Of a stretch of 64,000 bases of DNA, positions 26,955-36,599 are shown piece after piece. The DNA lies in assembly GCA_029781045.1 (NCBI GenBank), contig JAKOXL010000024.1, positions 23,210-87,209 on the forward strand, read 5' to 3'. The position numbers and the translations under genes were made by a program. The stretch is from Bacillota bacterium (lineage in GTDB: Bacteria > Bacillota > UBA994 > UBA5500). Below the pieces are notes generated by a model. It was not told the origin of the DNA. It saw nothing but the letters and a program-made list of their open reading frames with translations, and ran no database searches. Numbering within the stretch: the first letter of the stretch is position 1; the number at the start of each line of letters is the position of its first letter.

Positions 26955-27674
26955 ATGAAGAATAGAACGCAAATCACCTTATCTATTGTTGCATTGTTGC
27001 TTGGACTTCTTATTGCTATGCAATTGCGTTCAACCAACGATGTCTACAATGCTATGCCTGATTTAAGGGTAACGGAAATGAGAGCTGTCCTTATGGAAAC
27101 GATCAGGCAAAACCAGCTATTGACTCGCGAGCTGGAGGAAGCAAGGGACAAGCTGCGCCAGTATGAGGAGACCGCTATGCGGGGCGAAGGCATACTGGAG
27201 TTGATTCAAAATGAGTTGCAGAATGCCCGCATGCTGGCTGGCTTGGTGGATGTTCAGGGAGAGGGGTTGGTCATTACCTTAACTGACAGCCAGGCTCCTA
27301 GCTTGCCAGGTGACAATCCCAACGTGTATCTAGTCCATGACGAAGACCTTTTGAAACTGGTAAATGTGCTCTCAGCGGCCGGAGCCGAAGCCATTTCAGT
27401 CAATGAACAGCGTCTTCTGGCCACCTCGGAGATCCATTGCGCCGGGCCCACGATTTCTATCAATAATGTGCGAGTGGGCGCTCCCTTCGTGATAAAGGCC
27501 ATAGGCAATGCCGAAACGTTGGAAAGCGCATTGCGCATGCGGGATGGAATAATAGATACCTTGAAATTCTATGGCATCGGTGTGCAGGTCAAACGAGAAG
27601 CCAATTTGGTGGTTCCGGCCTATAAACGGCCAGTTCGTTTCGACTATGCCCAGCCAGTAACAGGGGGTAAGTAG
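26955..27674 (+). CDS. DUF881 (YlxW/YlxX-like) division-cluster membrane protein
   Basis: N-terminal TM, coiled-coil and C-terminal beta-rich domain. Same position as B. subtilis ylxW/ylxX. Confidence 0.55.
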   Translation: MKNRTQITLSIVALLLGLLIAMQLRSTNDVYNAMPDLRVTEMRAVLMETIRQNQLLTRELEEARDKLRQYEETAMRGEGILELIQNELQNARMLAGLVDVQGEGLVITLTDSQAPSLPGDNPNVYLVHDEDLLKLVNVLSAAGAEAISVNEQRLLATSEIHCAGPTISINNVRVGAPFVIKAIGNAETLESALRMRDGIIDTLKFYGIGVQVKREANLVVPAYKRPVRFDYAQPVTGGK

Positions 27675-27676
27675 AC

Positions 27677-28015
27677 ATGTTACCTATCATTGCTCTGTTG
27701 CTTGGTATTGCTTTAGGGCACCTGACAAAAATCCACATCCCAGCGGCTTTAGCTCCCTACATGTCGGTAGCCCTCTTAGCCGCCTTAGACTCGGTACTGG
27801 GTGGGGTGCGGGCCAACTTGGAGGGCAAGTTCGATGATCTCATCTTCTTTTCCGGTTTCTTTAGTAATGCCCTGCTAGCTGGCGCTCTAGCCTTCCTTGG
27901 TGACCAGTTGGGAGTAAACCTCTATATGGCGGCCATCTTTGCTTTTGGTGTTCGCCTTTTTCAAAACCTAGCCTTGATAAGAAGGCTGATTGTTGACAAG
28001 TGGTTTAGACAATAA
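27677..28015 (+). CDS. sbp: Small basic membrane protein Sbp-like (DUF1290)
   Basis: 112 aa, two TM helices, sits immediately upstream of ftsA as in Bacillus. Confidence 0.5.
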   Translation: MLPIIALLLGIALGHLTKIHIPAALAPYMSVALLAALDSVLGGVRANLEGKFDDLIFFSGFFSNALLAGALAFLGDQLGVNLYMAAIFAFGVRLFQNLALIRRLIVDKWFRQ

Positions 28016-28168
28016 CAGTTCACCACCTTTTTACAAGAATTCTGCAAGGTAGCAACAGGAACATTGCAAATCATGTGGAATTACATAGTTAGGTGTTAGC
28101 TTTAAACCGGGTAATGAATCGCCTAACCTTGGGTGAGCAATTTTACAGCCCGGATGGGAGGTGGGACG

Positions 28169-29389
28169 GTGGCTAGAAGGGACATAATTGCGGGGCTTGA
28201 CATTGGGACCTCTGCTGTGAGATGTGCTATTGCTGAAGTGGATCAGCGAGGTAATTGGAATATAATTGGGCTTGGTAGTTGTCGCTCCGAGGGCATTAAG
28301 AAGGGAGCGGTTGTAGATATCGAAAGTACCGTTGGCTGTATTTTGCAGGCGGTGGAAACGGCACAACGGATGGCTGGAGTAACTATTGAGTCGGTCTATG
28401 TGGGTGTGCCCAACACCCATGCCTCTCTGATGGTGACTCGGGGAATAGTGGCCGTGTCCAGCGAAGATAAGGAGATCACCGATGAAGATGTGGAGAGGGT
28501 GTTACAGGCTGCACGCGTGATCAACTTGCCCCCCAATCGGCAGATCATTGATATTATTCCGCGTCAATATATAATCGATGGCTACGAAGGTATCAGGTCG
28601 CCATCGGGTATGGCAGGGATTCGACTGGAAGTTGAAGCTCTCTTGGTAACGGGAGCGATTACTTCTATCCAGAATATGGTCCGCTGTGTGGAGCGGGCTG
28701 GTCTGGAAATTGAGGCATTGGTACTAAACTCCATAGCCCTGGGCGAACTCCTGTTATCTAACGATGAAAAGGAATTAGGTGTAGTGTTGGCCGATCTCGG
28801 AGGCGGGATCAGTGAAATAGCCTATTTCAGTAATGGGGTTTTGCAGGCGATTGGAGCTATCCCCTTGGGGGGCGACCATATCACCAGTGATATTGCTTAC
28901 GGGCTACGTACCAGTTTGGCGGTTGCGGAAAAGGCCAAGATTGAGCACGGGACCTTGCTGCGTGTACCCGAGGACAAGACGTTCGCCATTCCCGATGTGG
29001 GTGGTGAGAGTTCACGGGATGTGTCGGTACGCCAACTGAGTACAATCATTGAGGCTCGGGTGCATGAGATCTTGAGCTTTATTGCTGAGGAGTTGCCCAG
29101 GTTAAAAGTGCCGGAAACAATTCCGTCGGGTGTAGTTCTTACTGGCGGTGTGGCTTCCACGGAGGGACTGGTACCTTATCTGCGTGCCATGCTGGAGAGT
29201 AATGTGAGATTAGCACAGGACGGAACCGTCGGTGAAGATACATCCTATGCGACAGCTATTGGTCTTATAATGCATGCTTTAAAGCGGCCGGTCAGTGCCA
29301 ATGACTCGGGTCGTCACGCTCGTCGTGAACGGAAGTCTAACGGTCTCTTTGCCCGGGTAGTCGATTGGCTACGGGATATGTGGGAGTAG
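28169..29389 (+). CDS. ftsA: Cell division protein FtsA. Start at the GTG at 28169 after GGGAGGTGG
   Basis: [16 protein letters not shown] and [12 protein letters not shown] actin-like motifs. Confidence 0.85.
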   Translation: MARRDIIAGLDIGTSAVRCAIAEVDQRGNWNIIGLGSCRSEGIKKGAVVDIESTVGCILQAVETAQRMAGVTIESVYVGVPNTHASLMVTRGIVAVSSEDKEITDEDVERVLQAARVINLPPNRQIIDIIPRQYIIDGYEGIRSPSGMAGIRLEVEALLVTGAITSIQNMVRCVERAGLEIEALVLNSIALGELLLSNDEKELGVVLADLGGGISEIAYFSNGVLQAIGAIPLGGDHITSDIAYGLRTSLAVAEKAKIEHGTLLRVPEDKTFAIPDVGGESSRDVSVRQLSTIIEARVHEILSFIAEELPRLKVPETIPSGVVLTGGVASTEGLVPYLRAMLESNVRLAQDGTVGEDTSYATAIGLIMHALKRPVSANDSGRHARRERKSNGLFARVVDWLRDMWE

Positions 29390-29412
29390 GTCAAGCAGAG
29401 GGAGGCAGGAAT

Positions 29413-30465
29413 ATGCTGGAACTAGATTTGGAGATTGAACAATATGCACGCATAAAAGTCGTTGGTGTTGGGGGCGGCGGCAGTAATGCTGTTAACTGCA
29501 TGATAGAGTCGGGCTTAAAGGGAGTCGAGTTTATTGCAATTAACACTGACGCACAGGCCTTGTCTCGTTCTCTGGCCCCCCACAAGATTCAGATAGGAGA
29601 GAAGCTAACCCGCGGTCTGGGGGCGGGAGCTAATCCGGAAATTGGTATGAAAGCGGCGGAAGAGAGTCGTGAGCAGATTCAGCAGGCCTTGCAGGGTGCT
29701 GACATGGTATTCGTGACAGCAGGTATGGGTGGCGGTACGGGGACTGGTGCTGCCCCAATAGTAGCTGCTTGTGCGCGAGAACAGGGTGCTCTAACAGTAG
29801 CAGTGGTTACCAAACCCTTCAGTTTTGAGCAACGTCGCCGCATGTTGAAGGCGGAGAAGGGTATTGAAGTGTTGAGGGAATCGGTGGACACCATCATTAC
29901 TATCCCTAATGACCGCCTCTTACAGGTGGTTGATAAGAACACCTCCATTCTACAAGCCTTCAGGATCGCCGATGATGTGCTTCGGCAAGGAGTTCAGGGC
30001 ATATCAGATCTGATTGCTGTTCCCGGTCTCATCAATCTGGACTTTGCTGACGTGAAGGCGGTTATGCAACAGACCGGGTCGGCTCTTATGGGAATTGGTC
30101 AAGCCAGTGGAGAGAACAGGGCTGTTGAAGCTGCCAAACAGGCCATTTCCAGTCCGTTGTTGGAGACCTCTATCGATGGGGCTAAGGGATTGCTGTTGAG
30201 TGTCACTGGGGGCATAAACCTGAGCCTACACGAAGTAAATAAGGCTGCTGAGATGATCTCGCAGGCCGTGGATGATGACGCCAACTTCATCTTCGGTGCA
30301 GTAATTGATGAGAACATGCAGGATGAAATCCGTATAACTGTTATTGCCACTGGTTTTGACTCCCCTAGTCGCGATAGAGTATTTGATGACTTAGAAATAA
30401 AACCACTGCATAGTCATACCGATGATTTAGATATACCTGCTTTCATGCGCCGTAAACGATCTTAG
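29413..30465 (+). CDS. ftsZ: Cell division GTPase FtsZ. Start at the ATG at 29413
   Basis: [10 protein letters not shown] and [10 protein letters not shown] tubulin signature. AGGGAGG RBS. Confidence 0.9.
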   Translation: MLELDLEIEQYARIKVVGVGGGGSNAVNCMIESGLKGVEFIAINTDAQALSRSLAPHKIQIGEKLTRGLGAGANPEIGMKAAEESREQIQQALQGADMVFVTAGMGGGTGTGAAPIVAACAREQGALTVAVVTKPFSFEQRRRMLKAEKGIEVLRESVDTIITIPNDRLLQVVDKNTSILQAFRIADDVLRQGVQGISDLIAVPGLINLDFADVKAVMQQTGSALMGIGQASGENRAVEAAKQAISSPLLETSIDGAKGLLLSVTGGINLSLHEVNKAAEMISQAVDDDANFIFGAVIDENMQDEIRITVIATGFDSPSRDRVFDDLEIKPLHSHTDDLDIPAFMRRKRS

Positions 30466-30490
30466 TTTAATAAGTTGACCTAATCGTAGA

Positions 30491-30540
30491 AAACCTGTTT
30501 ACCAAGGCTGAGAGAGTCTTCGTAAACGGGTTTTTTTGTT
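30491..30540 (+). terminator. Rho-independent terminator after ftsZ
   Basis: AAACCTGTTTAC...GTAAACGGGTTT stem followed by TTTTTTTGTTTG. Confidence 0.65.
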
Positions 30541-30554
30541 TGCCTAATACCAAT

Positions 30555-30601
30555 TTCGACGCCATACACTGACATTTTATGCGAACAGGCCTTCCTATAA
30601 T
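30555..30601 (+). promoter_or_regulatory. Candidate spoIIG-type promoter with a long spacer and a Spo0A-box-like element
   Basis: TTCGACG (0A-box-like) at 30555-30561. CTGACA at 30569-30574, a 21-nt spacer, then TATAAT at 30596-30601. The unusually long spacer is characteristic of Spo0A~P-dependent spoIIG promoters. Confidence 0.35.
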
Positions 30602-30627
30602 AGTAACAAAGGAGGCCTGTTCCCGGC

Positions 30628-31536
30628 ATGGCAGTTTACGTGGATCTCTTATTCCTCGTCAATTTCACTCTTAACGCCTGGGCCTTGTGGGTTACTGCTC
30701 TCTTAACCGGGGCTCTACGCCGCAGGGCATCGCTGGTGCTAGCCAGTGTCTGTGGTGCCATTTATGCCTTTGGGGCTCTAACCCCTTGGGCTCCCCTCTT
30801 TCTGCACCCTCTGAGTAAACTGGCACTAGCTTTAGTCATGATCTATGTGGCCTTTAGGCCCCGGGTGATAGGAAAAACGCTTCACCTTCTAGCCTGGTTC
30901 CTTTTGGTCTGCTTTGCTACAGCCGGCGTTATCCTGGGACTCTATAACCTGTTGCTGGACAAGGAGGTACAAAGGAACATGCTGGCGTGGGGCGACCTGC
31001 CACTCTGGGTGATGGGTTTGGCTCTGACCATCTTGTATGGCAGCGGAAGCCGATTCTTAGGAGCTCTGGAAAACCGATTGGTCCATGTAGCCAACAGCGC
31101 CCAAGTGCGCGCTCGCTTCGGGGAGATGGAGATCGAGCTGGAGGCCCTAGTGGATTCGGGCAATCATCTGGTGGAACCTCTTACCGGCCGTTCAGTGGTG
31201 GTGGTGGCTCTGAGTGCAGTGAGTCAGCTACTGCCATCGGAAATAGCTGCCCTTAGCCAGGCCGGTACGAACTGGGAGGCTCAATTAGACCAGTTGGCGG
31301 CTAACGAGTGGGCGCAGCGCCTCCATTTTGTGCCCTTTCACGCAGTGGGGAGCGACCAGGGAGTGCTATTGGGAGTACGAGCTGATTACGTGGACGTCGT
31401 GTGCAACGGAAGGACTCGTCGCGTGAAAGGAGCCATCTTGGCTATCAGCCCGGTAGATTTGAGCAAGAGTAATGACTATCAGGCTCTAGTCCCTTTACGA
31501 CTTTTACCAACAAAAGCAGCTGCTAGAGTTGCGTAA
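30628..31536 (+). CDS. spoIIGA: Sporulation sigma-E factor processing peptidase SpoIIGA
   Basis: Polytopic N-terminus and the aspartic protease motif LVDSGNHLVEP. Confidence 0.85.
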   Translation: MAVYVDLLFLVNFTLNAWALWVTALLTGALRRRASLVLASVCGAIYAFGALTPWAPLFLHPLSKLALALVMIYVAFRPRVIGKTLHLLAWFLLVCFATAGVILGLYNLLLDKEVQRNMLAWGDLPLWVMGLALTILYGSGSRFLGALENRLVHVANSAQVRARFGEMEIELEALVDSGNHLVEPLTGRSVVVVALSAVSQLLPSEIAALSQAGTNWEAQLDQLAANEWAQRLHFVPFHAVGSDQGVLLGVRADYVDVVCNGRTRRVKGAILAISPVDLSKSNDYQALVPLRLLPTKAAARVA

Positions 31537-31548
31537 GTCCCTGAGGAG

Positions 31549-32298
31549 GTGAAGGAAATTAAAAGCTTGTTTCTTCATTTTAGGTTAAGACTGCGGATAT
31601 GGTTCTATCATCTTTTGCTGCTATTGGGAAAGGATGTGGAACGGCGAGCTATCCATTTTATTGGCAGCTCAGAAGCTTTGCCACCACCCCTCAGTGCCGA
31701 TGAAGAAAGGTACCTATTGCAGCAGCTAAAAACGGGTGATGCGGCGGCAAAAAGCATATTGATTGAGCGCAATCTGCGGTTGGTGGTTTATATAGCCCGC
31801 AAATTTGAAAATACGGGTATTCCCATAGAGGATTTGTCGTCCATAGGTTCAATAGGTCTGATCAAAGCCGTCAACACCTTCAATCCAGAGCGGAACATCA
31901 AGTTGGCCACATATGCCTCCCGTTGCATTGAGAATGAGATATTGATGTTCTTAAGACGAAATCAGCGGCATCGGGCCGAAGTATCCCTCGACGAGCCGCT
32001 CAACATTGACTGGGACGGTAATGAGCTTTTGTTGTCCGATGTTATCGCCCATGAAGGCTGCGAGGTACATAAGGAGATCGAGTCGGAGGTAGACAGACAT
32101 CTGTTGCGCTGTGCCCTCGATCAGCTAGGCGAGCGAGAAAGAACCATCATGGAGCTGAGGTTTGGCCTGCGAGACGGGAAGGAATCTACACAAAAAGAAG
32201 TAGCCGACTTGTTGGGCATATCTCAGTCCTACATTTCCCGCCTAGAGAAACGCATCATAAAGCGTTTGCGCAGGGAGTTTAAGAAGATGGAGTCGTGA
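31549..32298 (+). CDS. sigE: RNA polymerase sporulation sigma factor pro-sigma-E; start may be the TTG at 31567
   Basis: Near-identity of [42 protein letters not shown] and LLLSDV...[29 protein letters not shown] with B. subtilis SigE, plus an N-terminal pro-sequence. Confidence 0.9.
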   Translation: MKEIKSLFLHFRLRLRIWFYHLLLLLGKDVERRAIHFIGSSEALPPPLSADEERYLLQQLKTGDAAAKSILIERNLRLVVYIARKFENTGIPIEDLSSIGSIGLIKAVNTFNPERNIKLATYASRCIENEILMFLRRNQRHRAEVSLDEPLNIDWDGNELLLSDVIAHEGCEVHKEIESEVDRHLLRCALDQLGERERTIMELRFGLRDGKESTQKEVADLLGISQSYISRLEKRIIKRLRREFKKMES

Positions 32299-32340
32299 AA
32301 CATGCCCCTATCCAACCCCGCCTCACGCTTTAGTCTTCAG

Positions 32341-32370
32341 GTATATTCGTCTTACCGCCCGGTCATAATG
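32341..32370 (+). promoter_or_regulatory. Forespore-type (sigma-F/sigma-G) promoter candidate upstream of sigG
   Basis: GTATA -35-like element, an 18-nt spacer, then CATAATG. Confidence 0.35.
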
Positions 32371-32404
32371 CAGAATAGCAGAAGACAGCGGGGAGGCTAG
32401 AGCC

Positions 32405-33196
32405 ATGAATCGCGTAGAGATCTGTGGCGTAAACACCTCGAAGTTGCAGGTACTAAGTAACGCCAAGATGCGAGAGCTGTTTGCACAGTTGCAGAATGGA
32501 GAGGAAGGGGCAAGAGAACTACTGGTAATGGGTAACCTGCGTCTCGTACTGAGCGTCATTCAACGCTTCAGTAATCGAGGTGAGTATGTGGATGACTTGT
32601 TTCAAGTTGGTTGTATTGGTCTCATGAAGGCCATAGACAACTTCGATCTGTCACAGAACGTAAAGTTCTCCACCTATGCGGTGCCGATGATTATTGGAGA
32701 GATTCGCCGCTATTTACGGGATAATAACCCAATTCGCGTCAGCCGCTCTTTACGCGATATTGCTTACAAAGCGCTGCAGGCAAGAGACAGTTTAGTAAAT
32801 CTTCATTCAAGAGAACCAACCGTTTCGGAGATCGCTGCCGAGCTAAATGTGGCTAGGGAAGATGTGGTTCTGGCTCTGGACGCTATTCAAGAGCCGGTAT
32901 CCTTGTTTGACCCTATCTACCAGGAGGGTGGCGATCCCATTTACATAATGGATCAGATCAAAGACGAAAAGAATCTTGATAGCACATGGATTGAGTCTAT
33001 TGCTCTCCGGGAAGCCTTGGACAAGCTGAGTGAGCGGGAACGGCTGATTCTATCGTTGCGCTTCTTCGCTAGTAAGACGCAAATGGAAGTGGCTGAAGAA
33101 ATCGGGATTTCCCAAGCACAGGTTTCCCGCTTGGAAAAAGCGGCGTTGCAGCATATGCGTAAACTAATTGCCGAGCGCGACAGCAGCAAAGCTTAA
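32405..33196 (+). CDS. sigG: RNA polymerase sporulation sigma factor sigma-G
   Basis: VEICGVNTSKL...GNLRLVLSVIQRF.NRGEYVDDLFQVGCIGLMKAIDNFDLSQNVKFSTYAVPMIIGEIRRYLRDNNPIRVSRSLRDIAYKA is almost identical to B. subtilis SigG. Confidence 0.9.
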   Translation: MNRVEICGVNTSKLQVLSNAKMRELFAQLQNGEEGARELLVMGNLRLVLSVIQRFSNRGEYVDDLFQVGCIGLMKAIDNFDLSQNVKFSTYAVPMIIGEIRRYLRDNNPIRVSRSLRDIAYKALQARDSLVNLHSREPTVSEIAAELNVAREDVVLALDAIQEPVSLFDPIYQEGGDPIYIMDQIKDEKNLDSTWIESIALREALDKLSERERLILSLRFFASKTQMEVAEEIGISQAQVSRLEKAALQHMRKLIAERDSSKA

Positions 33197-33218
33197 AGGA
33201 TTAATTGGGGGTTGGGGA

Positions 33219-33797
33219 ATGAGTAATCAAGTAACCAAGATTTTTGTAGTTATCCTTTTATTGAGTTTTGCAATCGGCGTGTTTGGGGGAAATCTGGTCC
33301 ACGCCCAGTCACCACAGGTACCGCAGTTGATCCGGCTTCATATCCTTGCTAACAGTGAATCCTTGGTTGATCAGCGAGTTAAATTAACGGTGCGAGATGA
33401 GCTCCTAGCAGTTCTGAACTCTTTACTAATTCGTGTTGGCTCAATGGCTGAGGCGGAAGAACTGATACGGGCCAACTTGTCCCTTCTGACGCAGACAGTG
33501 AATGAGGCTTTGAAGAATGCGGGTGTTGATTATGATGCCCATTTGCAGTTTGGCCTTTTCAACTTCCCCGCCAAGTACTATGGGGTTAGAACGCTACCAG
33601 CTGGACGCTATACAGCCCTTAATGTAACCTTGGGCGCCGGCGAGGGGCGTAATTGGTGGTGTATCGTGTTTCCCGCCATGTGTTTTACCGCGGGCGTGTG
33701 TGAAGAGGTGAAAGAGCCGGAGGAACGACCGGCCCTGGAGTTGCGGTGCAAACTGGTAGAGTGGATAGCCAGTTTTCTGGCCTGGTGTAGAAGTTGA
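33219..33797 (+). CDS. spoIIR: Stage II sporulation protein R (SpoIIR), the forespore signal that activates SpoIIGA
   Basis: LIRLHILANSESLVDQRVKLTVRDELL ... PAGRYTALNVTLGAGEGRNWWCIVFPAMCF is the SpoIIR family signature. Signal peptide present. Confidence 0.75.
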   Translation: MSNQVTKIFVVILLLSFAIGVFGGNLVHAQSPQVPQLIRLHILANSESLVDQRVKLTVRDELLAVLNSLLIRVGSMAEAEELIRANLSLLTQTVNEALKNAGVDYDAHLQFGLFNFPAKYYGVRTLPAGRYTALNVTLGAGEGRNWWCIVFPAMCFTAGVCEEVKEPEERPALELRCKLVEWIASFLAWCRS

Positions 33798-33861
33798 GTT
33801 GCAGAAATGTTATGGTTGCCTTCCGGCCTGCATACATATAGTCAGGATGGGAGGGGAAACC

Positions 33862-34113
33862 ATGCTAAGAGTATCGGACTTGCGTCTTAGAGAGATTGTC
33901 AATGTCTTAGATGGAAGGCGCCTGGGCTTTGTACAGGATTTAGACATTGATCTGGATGTGGGGCGAGTCAAAGGCCTCCTGGCCCAAGGCGGATCCAGTA
34001 AGTTCCTAGGACTGTTGGGTCGAGATGACCTGTACATCGCCTGGGAGCAGATAATACGGATAGGCACTGATGTCATTTTGGTCGAAATAGATCTTCCCAG
34101 GACCGATTATTAG
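33862..34113 (+). CDS. ylmC: YlmC/YmxH-family (PRC-barrel) sporulation protein
   Basis: MLRVSDLRLREIVNVLDGRRLGFVQDLDIDLDVGRVKGL; ~83 aa; GGGAGGGG RBS. Confidence 0.7.
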   Translation: MLRVSDLRLREIVNVLDGRRLGFVQDLDIDLDVGRVKGLLAQGGSSKFLGLLGRDDLYIAWEQIIRIGTDVILVEIDLPRTDY

Positions 34114-34227
34114 GGGGCCGCCAGCGGCCTCCTTTTTGGTTCTGAAAATCTGTTCTAGTTGGCTGGCAGACAAGGCACCTATCAATTAGACTATAAGTAG
34201 AGGTACTAGAGCGAGAGGTGATAGTGT

Positions 34228-34686
34228 TTGAAGTGCCCATACTGTGGAGCAGTTGATAGTCGGGTTATAGACAGCAGACCGACGGAAGAATATACGGCGA
34301 TTCGGCGGCGTCGAGAGTGTACCGGTTGTGGCCGTCGTTTTACCACATATGAGAAGATTGAAGAGTTGCCATTGATGGTGATAAAGAAGGATGGCAGCCG
34401 AGAAACGTTTGATAGGGGGAAGATACTAACTGGGTTATTCAAAGCTTGTGAAAAGCGTCCGGTGAGCGCTGCCACCTTGGAACAGGCGGTAGATGCTATT
34501 GAGCTTGCTCTGCGCAATCAACTGCGACCTGAGGTCAGCTCGCAAGAAATCGGTGAAATGGTGATGGATCAATTGAGTACTATTGATGAAGTAGCCTATG
34601 TGCGTTTTGCCTCTGTTTATCGGCAGTTCACAGATATAAACCGCTTTAGACAAGAACTGGACAAGCTACTGGAGAGACCGCGATGA
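34228..34686 (+). CDS. nrdR: Transcriptional repressor NrdR (zinc ribbon plus ATP-cone)
   Basis: MKCPYCG...DSRVIDSRP...[15 protein letters not shown]...ACEKRPV is canonical NrdR. TTG start after GAGAGGTG. Confidence 0.9.
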   Translation: MKCPYCGAVDSRVIDSRPTEEYTAIRRRRECTGCGRRFTTYEKIEELPLMVIKKDGSRETFDRGKILTGLFKACEKRPVSAATLEQAVDAIELALRNQLRPEVSSQEIGEMVMDQLSTIDEVAYVRFASVYRQFTDINRFRQELDKLLERPR

Positions 34687-36491
34687 TTAAATGGGTGCAG
34701 AAACGGGACGGGCGTATTGTCCCGTTCCAAGCAGAAAAAATCGCTGATGCTATCTTTGCGGCAGCTAAAGCCGTAGGCGGCGAGGACCGTAGACAAGCAG
34801 AGGTGCTGGCGGGACAGGTCATTCACCTCTTGCAGCAAAAGGTTTTGGCCCAAGAAGTGCCACAAGTGGAAGAGATTCAGGACTTGGTAGAGAAGGTCCT
34901 GATTGAGCAAGGCCATGCACGGACTGCTAAGGCCTATATTCTTTATCGCAATCACCGTACTCGCATTCGGGAAGCCAAGAGTGAGCTGATGGATGCGGTG
35001 AGTGAGATCTTTCAGGAAGCCGGTAGTGATACGCAGGTGTGCTCAACTCCGCTGGGAAAATTGCAGCGTATCGCTATTGCTGCCAGCGAACGCTATTGTC
35101 TCCACAACTTGCTACCAAGAGACTTTTCCCTAGCCCATCAGCGCTGTCGCATCCATATTGATCGTTTGGCCCATTATACAACAGCGGTTACCGCAGCAGT
35201 AATAGATCTAAGACAGCTATTGGATCAAGGGCAGCAAGTCGGCCGTATTCGGGTACCACAACTATTACAACCTCATGATCTGGCACAGGCTATTCAAGCC
35301 CTTATTGCTGCAGCCCAGAGTGAAACCTTGGAAGAGATTCTCTTCGCCAATTTGGATCAAGCATTTGCTACCATGTGTAGACGCCAGCGACTTGTGATGG
35401 ACTCGCGCCAGTTGCGGTCCTTTGCTCAACGTCTGTTGTCTCATGTGGGTTTAACGCTCATGACCGGTTCGGCGCAGCCCCTCAAAGTCTGTTTTAGTGT
35501 AGGTTTGGAAAGCTCGGAGCTGGGTCAGCAGCTGATACGAGCCCTTTTGGGAGTTCTCGCTCAGGGGAGATCAGGGGCTGCCATTCAGTTCATCTATCAG
35601 CTAGAGGATGGAGTGAACTGGGCTCCCGGAGATAAAGGGTATCCGAATACCTGTTTAGCGCGGCAAGTAGCCCAGCAATGCGGCAACCCTTCATTTGTCT
35701 ACTTTTCTACACTGGGCCCCGATGATGTACAGTTCCTAGCAAGTGGGACTCGCCTGGAAATGACTTCTCCGATCCTCATTTCCCGTACCTATGTAAACCT
35801 GCCTCGCCTGGCATTAGAAGCGGAGAACGGGCGAGACTTCTTGGCCGGCATAGATGCCATTTTTAGCTTAGTGGCGAAACAAGTGGTTCACCGGTCAGAA
35901 ATTCTAACTGCTCTACAACCCTCCGATTTGCCTTTGACAGCCCTGCAAGGATCGGCTACCCGTCAACTGCCGCCACTGGCTATGGCTTTGCTCTTATTGG
36001 TTCCCATCGGCATTGCGGAAGCGTTGCAGGTTGCCCGTCACCGCTTTGCAGATACCTTAGCTATCAACGAAAATGACTTCATTAGTCTACTCAACGAGAT
36101 TTGCGAGCACTGGCGGAACTATTATTCATTAAACCTGCAGATTGGTTTGGTACCTGCTGTCCGCGTTGCTCAGCGTTTCTTTGCCCACGATGTCAATTCC
36201 TTTCCGTTGCTGAGGAACCTTTGGCCGCAAAAATCTAGTTATAGCTACCTTTATGACAATGCTTTATGTGGGGTTTTCCCCAGCGGTCAGGTTGCCCCCT
36301 GGCCGGAATCAAACCAGTTGCAGGAAGGCATCGTCTATGTCGTTCCTATAAGACGTACCATCTGTCTAGCCTGCGGCCAGATTCTCGGACAGGAGGAAAT
36401 CAGGTGTTCAGTTTGTGGCGGAGAACAACTGGGAGAACTGACACAAGATGGAGGCTACATAACTGTCAGTGAGCAACTTGTGACCAATTAA
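34683..36491 (+). CDS. Uncharacterised ATP-cone domain protein with a C-terminal C4 zinc ribbon, translationally coupled to nrdR. Possibly a very divergent NrdD-like protein
   Basis: The N-terminal ~110 aa form a clear ATP-cone ([24 protein letters not shown]...[30 protein letters not shown]). The C-terminus reads CLACGQ-x10-CSVCGG followed by DGGYITV. The ~450-aa middle is A/L/Q-rich without motifs I recognise. ATGA overlap with nrdR. Confidence 0.45.
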   Translation: MIKWVQKRDGRIVPFQAEKIADAIFAAAKAVGGEDRRQAEVLAGQVIHLLQQKVLAQEVPQVEEIQDLVEKVLIEQGHARTAKAYILYRNHRTRIREAKSELMDAVSEIFQEAGSDTQVCSTPLGKLQRIAIAASERYCLHNLLPRDFSLAHQRCRIHIDRLAHYTTAVTAAVIDLRQLLDQGQQVGRIRVPQLLQPHDLAQAIQALIAAAQSETLEEILFANLDQAFATMCRRQRLVMDSRQLRSFAQRLLSHVGLTLMTGSAQPLKVCFSVGLESSELGQQLIRALLGVLAQGRSGAAIQFIYQLEDGVNWAPGDKGYPNTCLARQVAQQCGNPSFVYFSTLGPDDVQFLASGTRLEMTSPILISRTYVNLPRLALEAENGRDFLAGIDAIFSLVAKQVVHRSEILTALQPSDLPLTALQGSATRQLPPLAMALLLLVPIGIAEALQVARHRFADTLAINENDFISLLNEICEHWRNYYSLNLQIGLVPAVRVAQRFFAHDVNSFPLLRNLWPQKSSYSYLYDNALCGVFPSGQVAPWPESNQLQEGIVYVVPIRRTICLACGQILGQEEIRCSVCGGEQLGELTQDGGYITVSEQLVTN

Positions 36492-36599
36492 TAGCAGGTA
36501 ATTGCAGGATTTTAGCACAGTGCAGAGAATAATGGAACAAACAGGGCATGGCCGCAGTCGTATTGCTGGAACGTGCGGGCAGCGGGGGTGAATGGAGCT

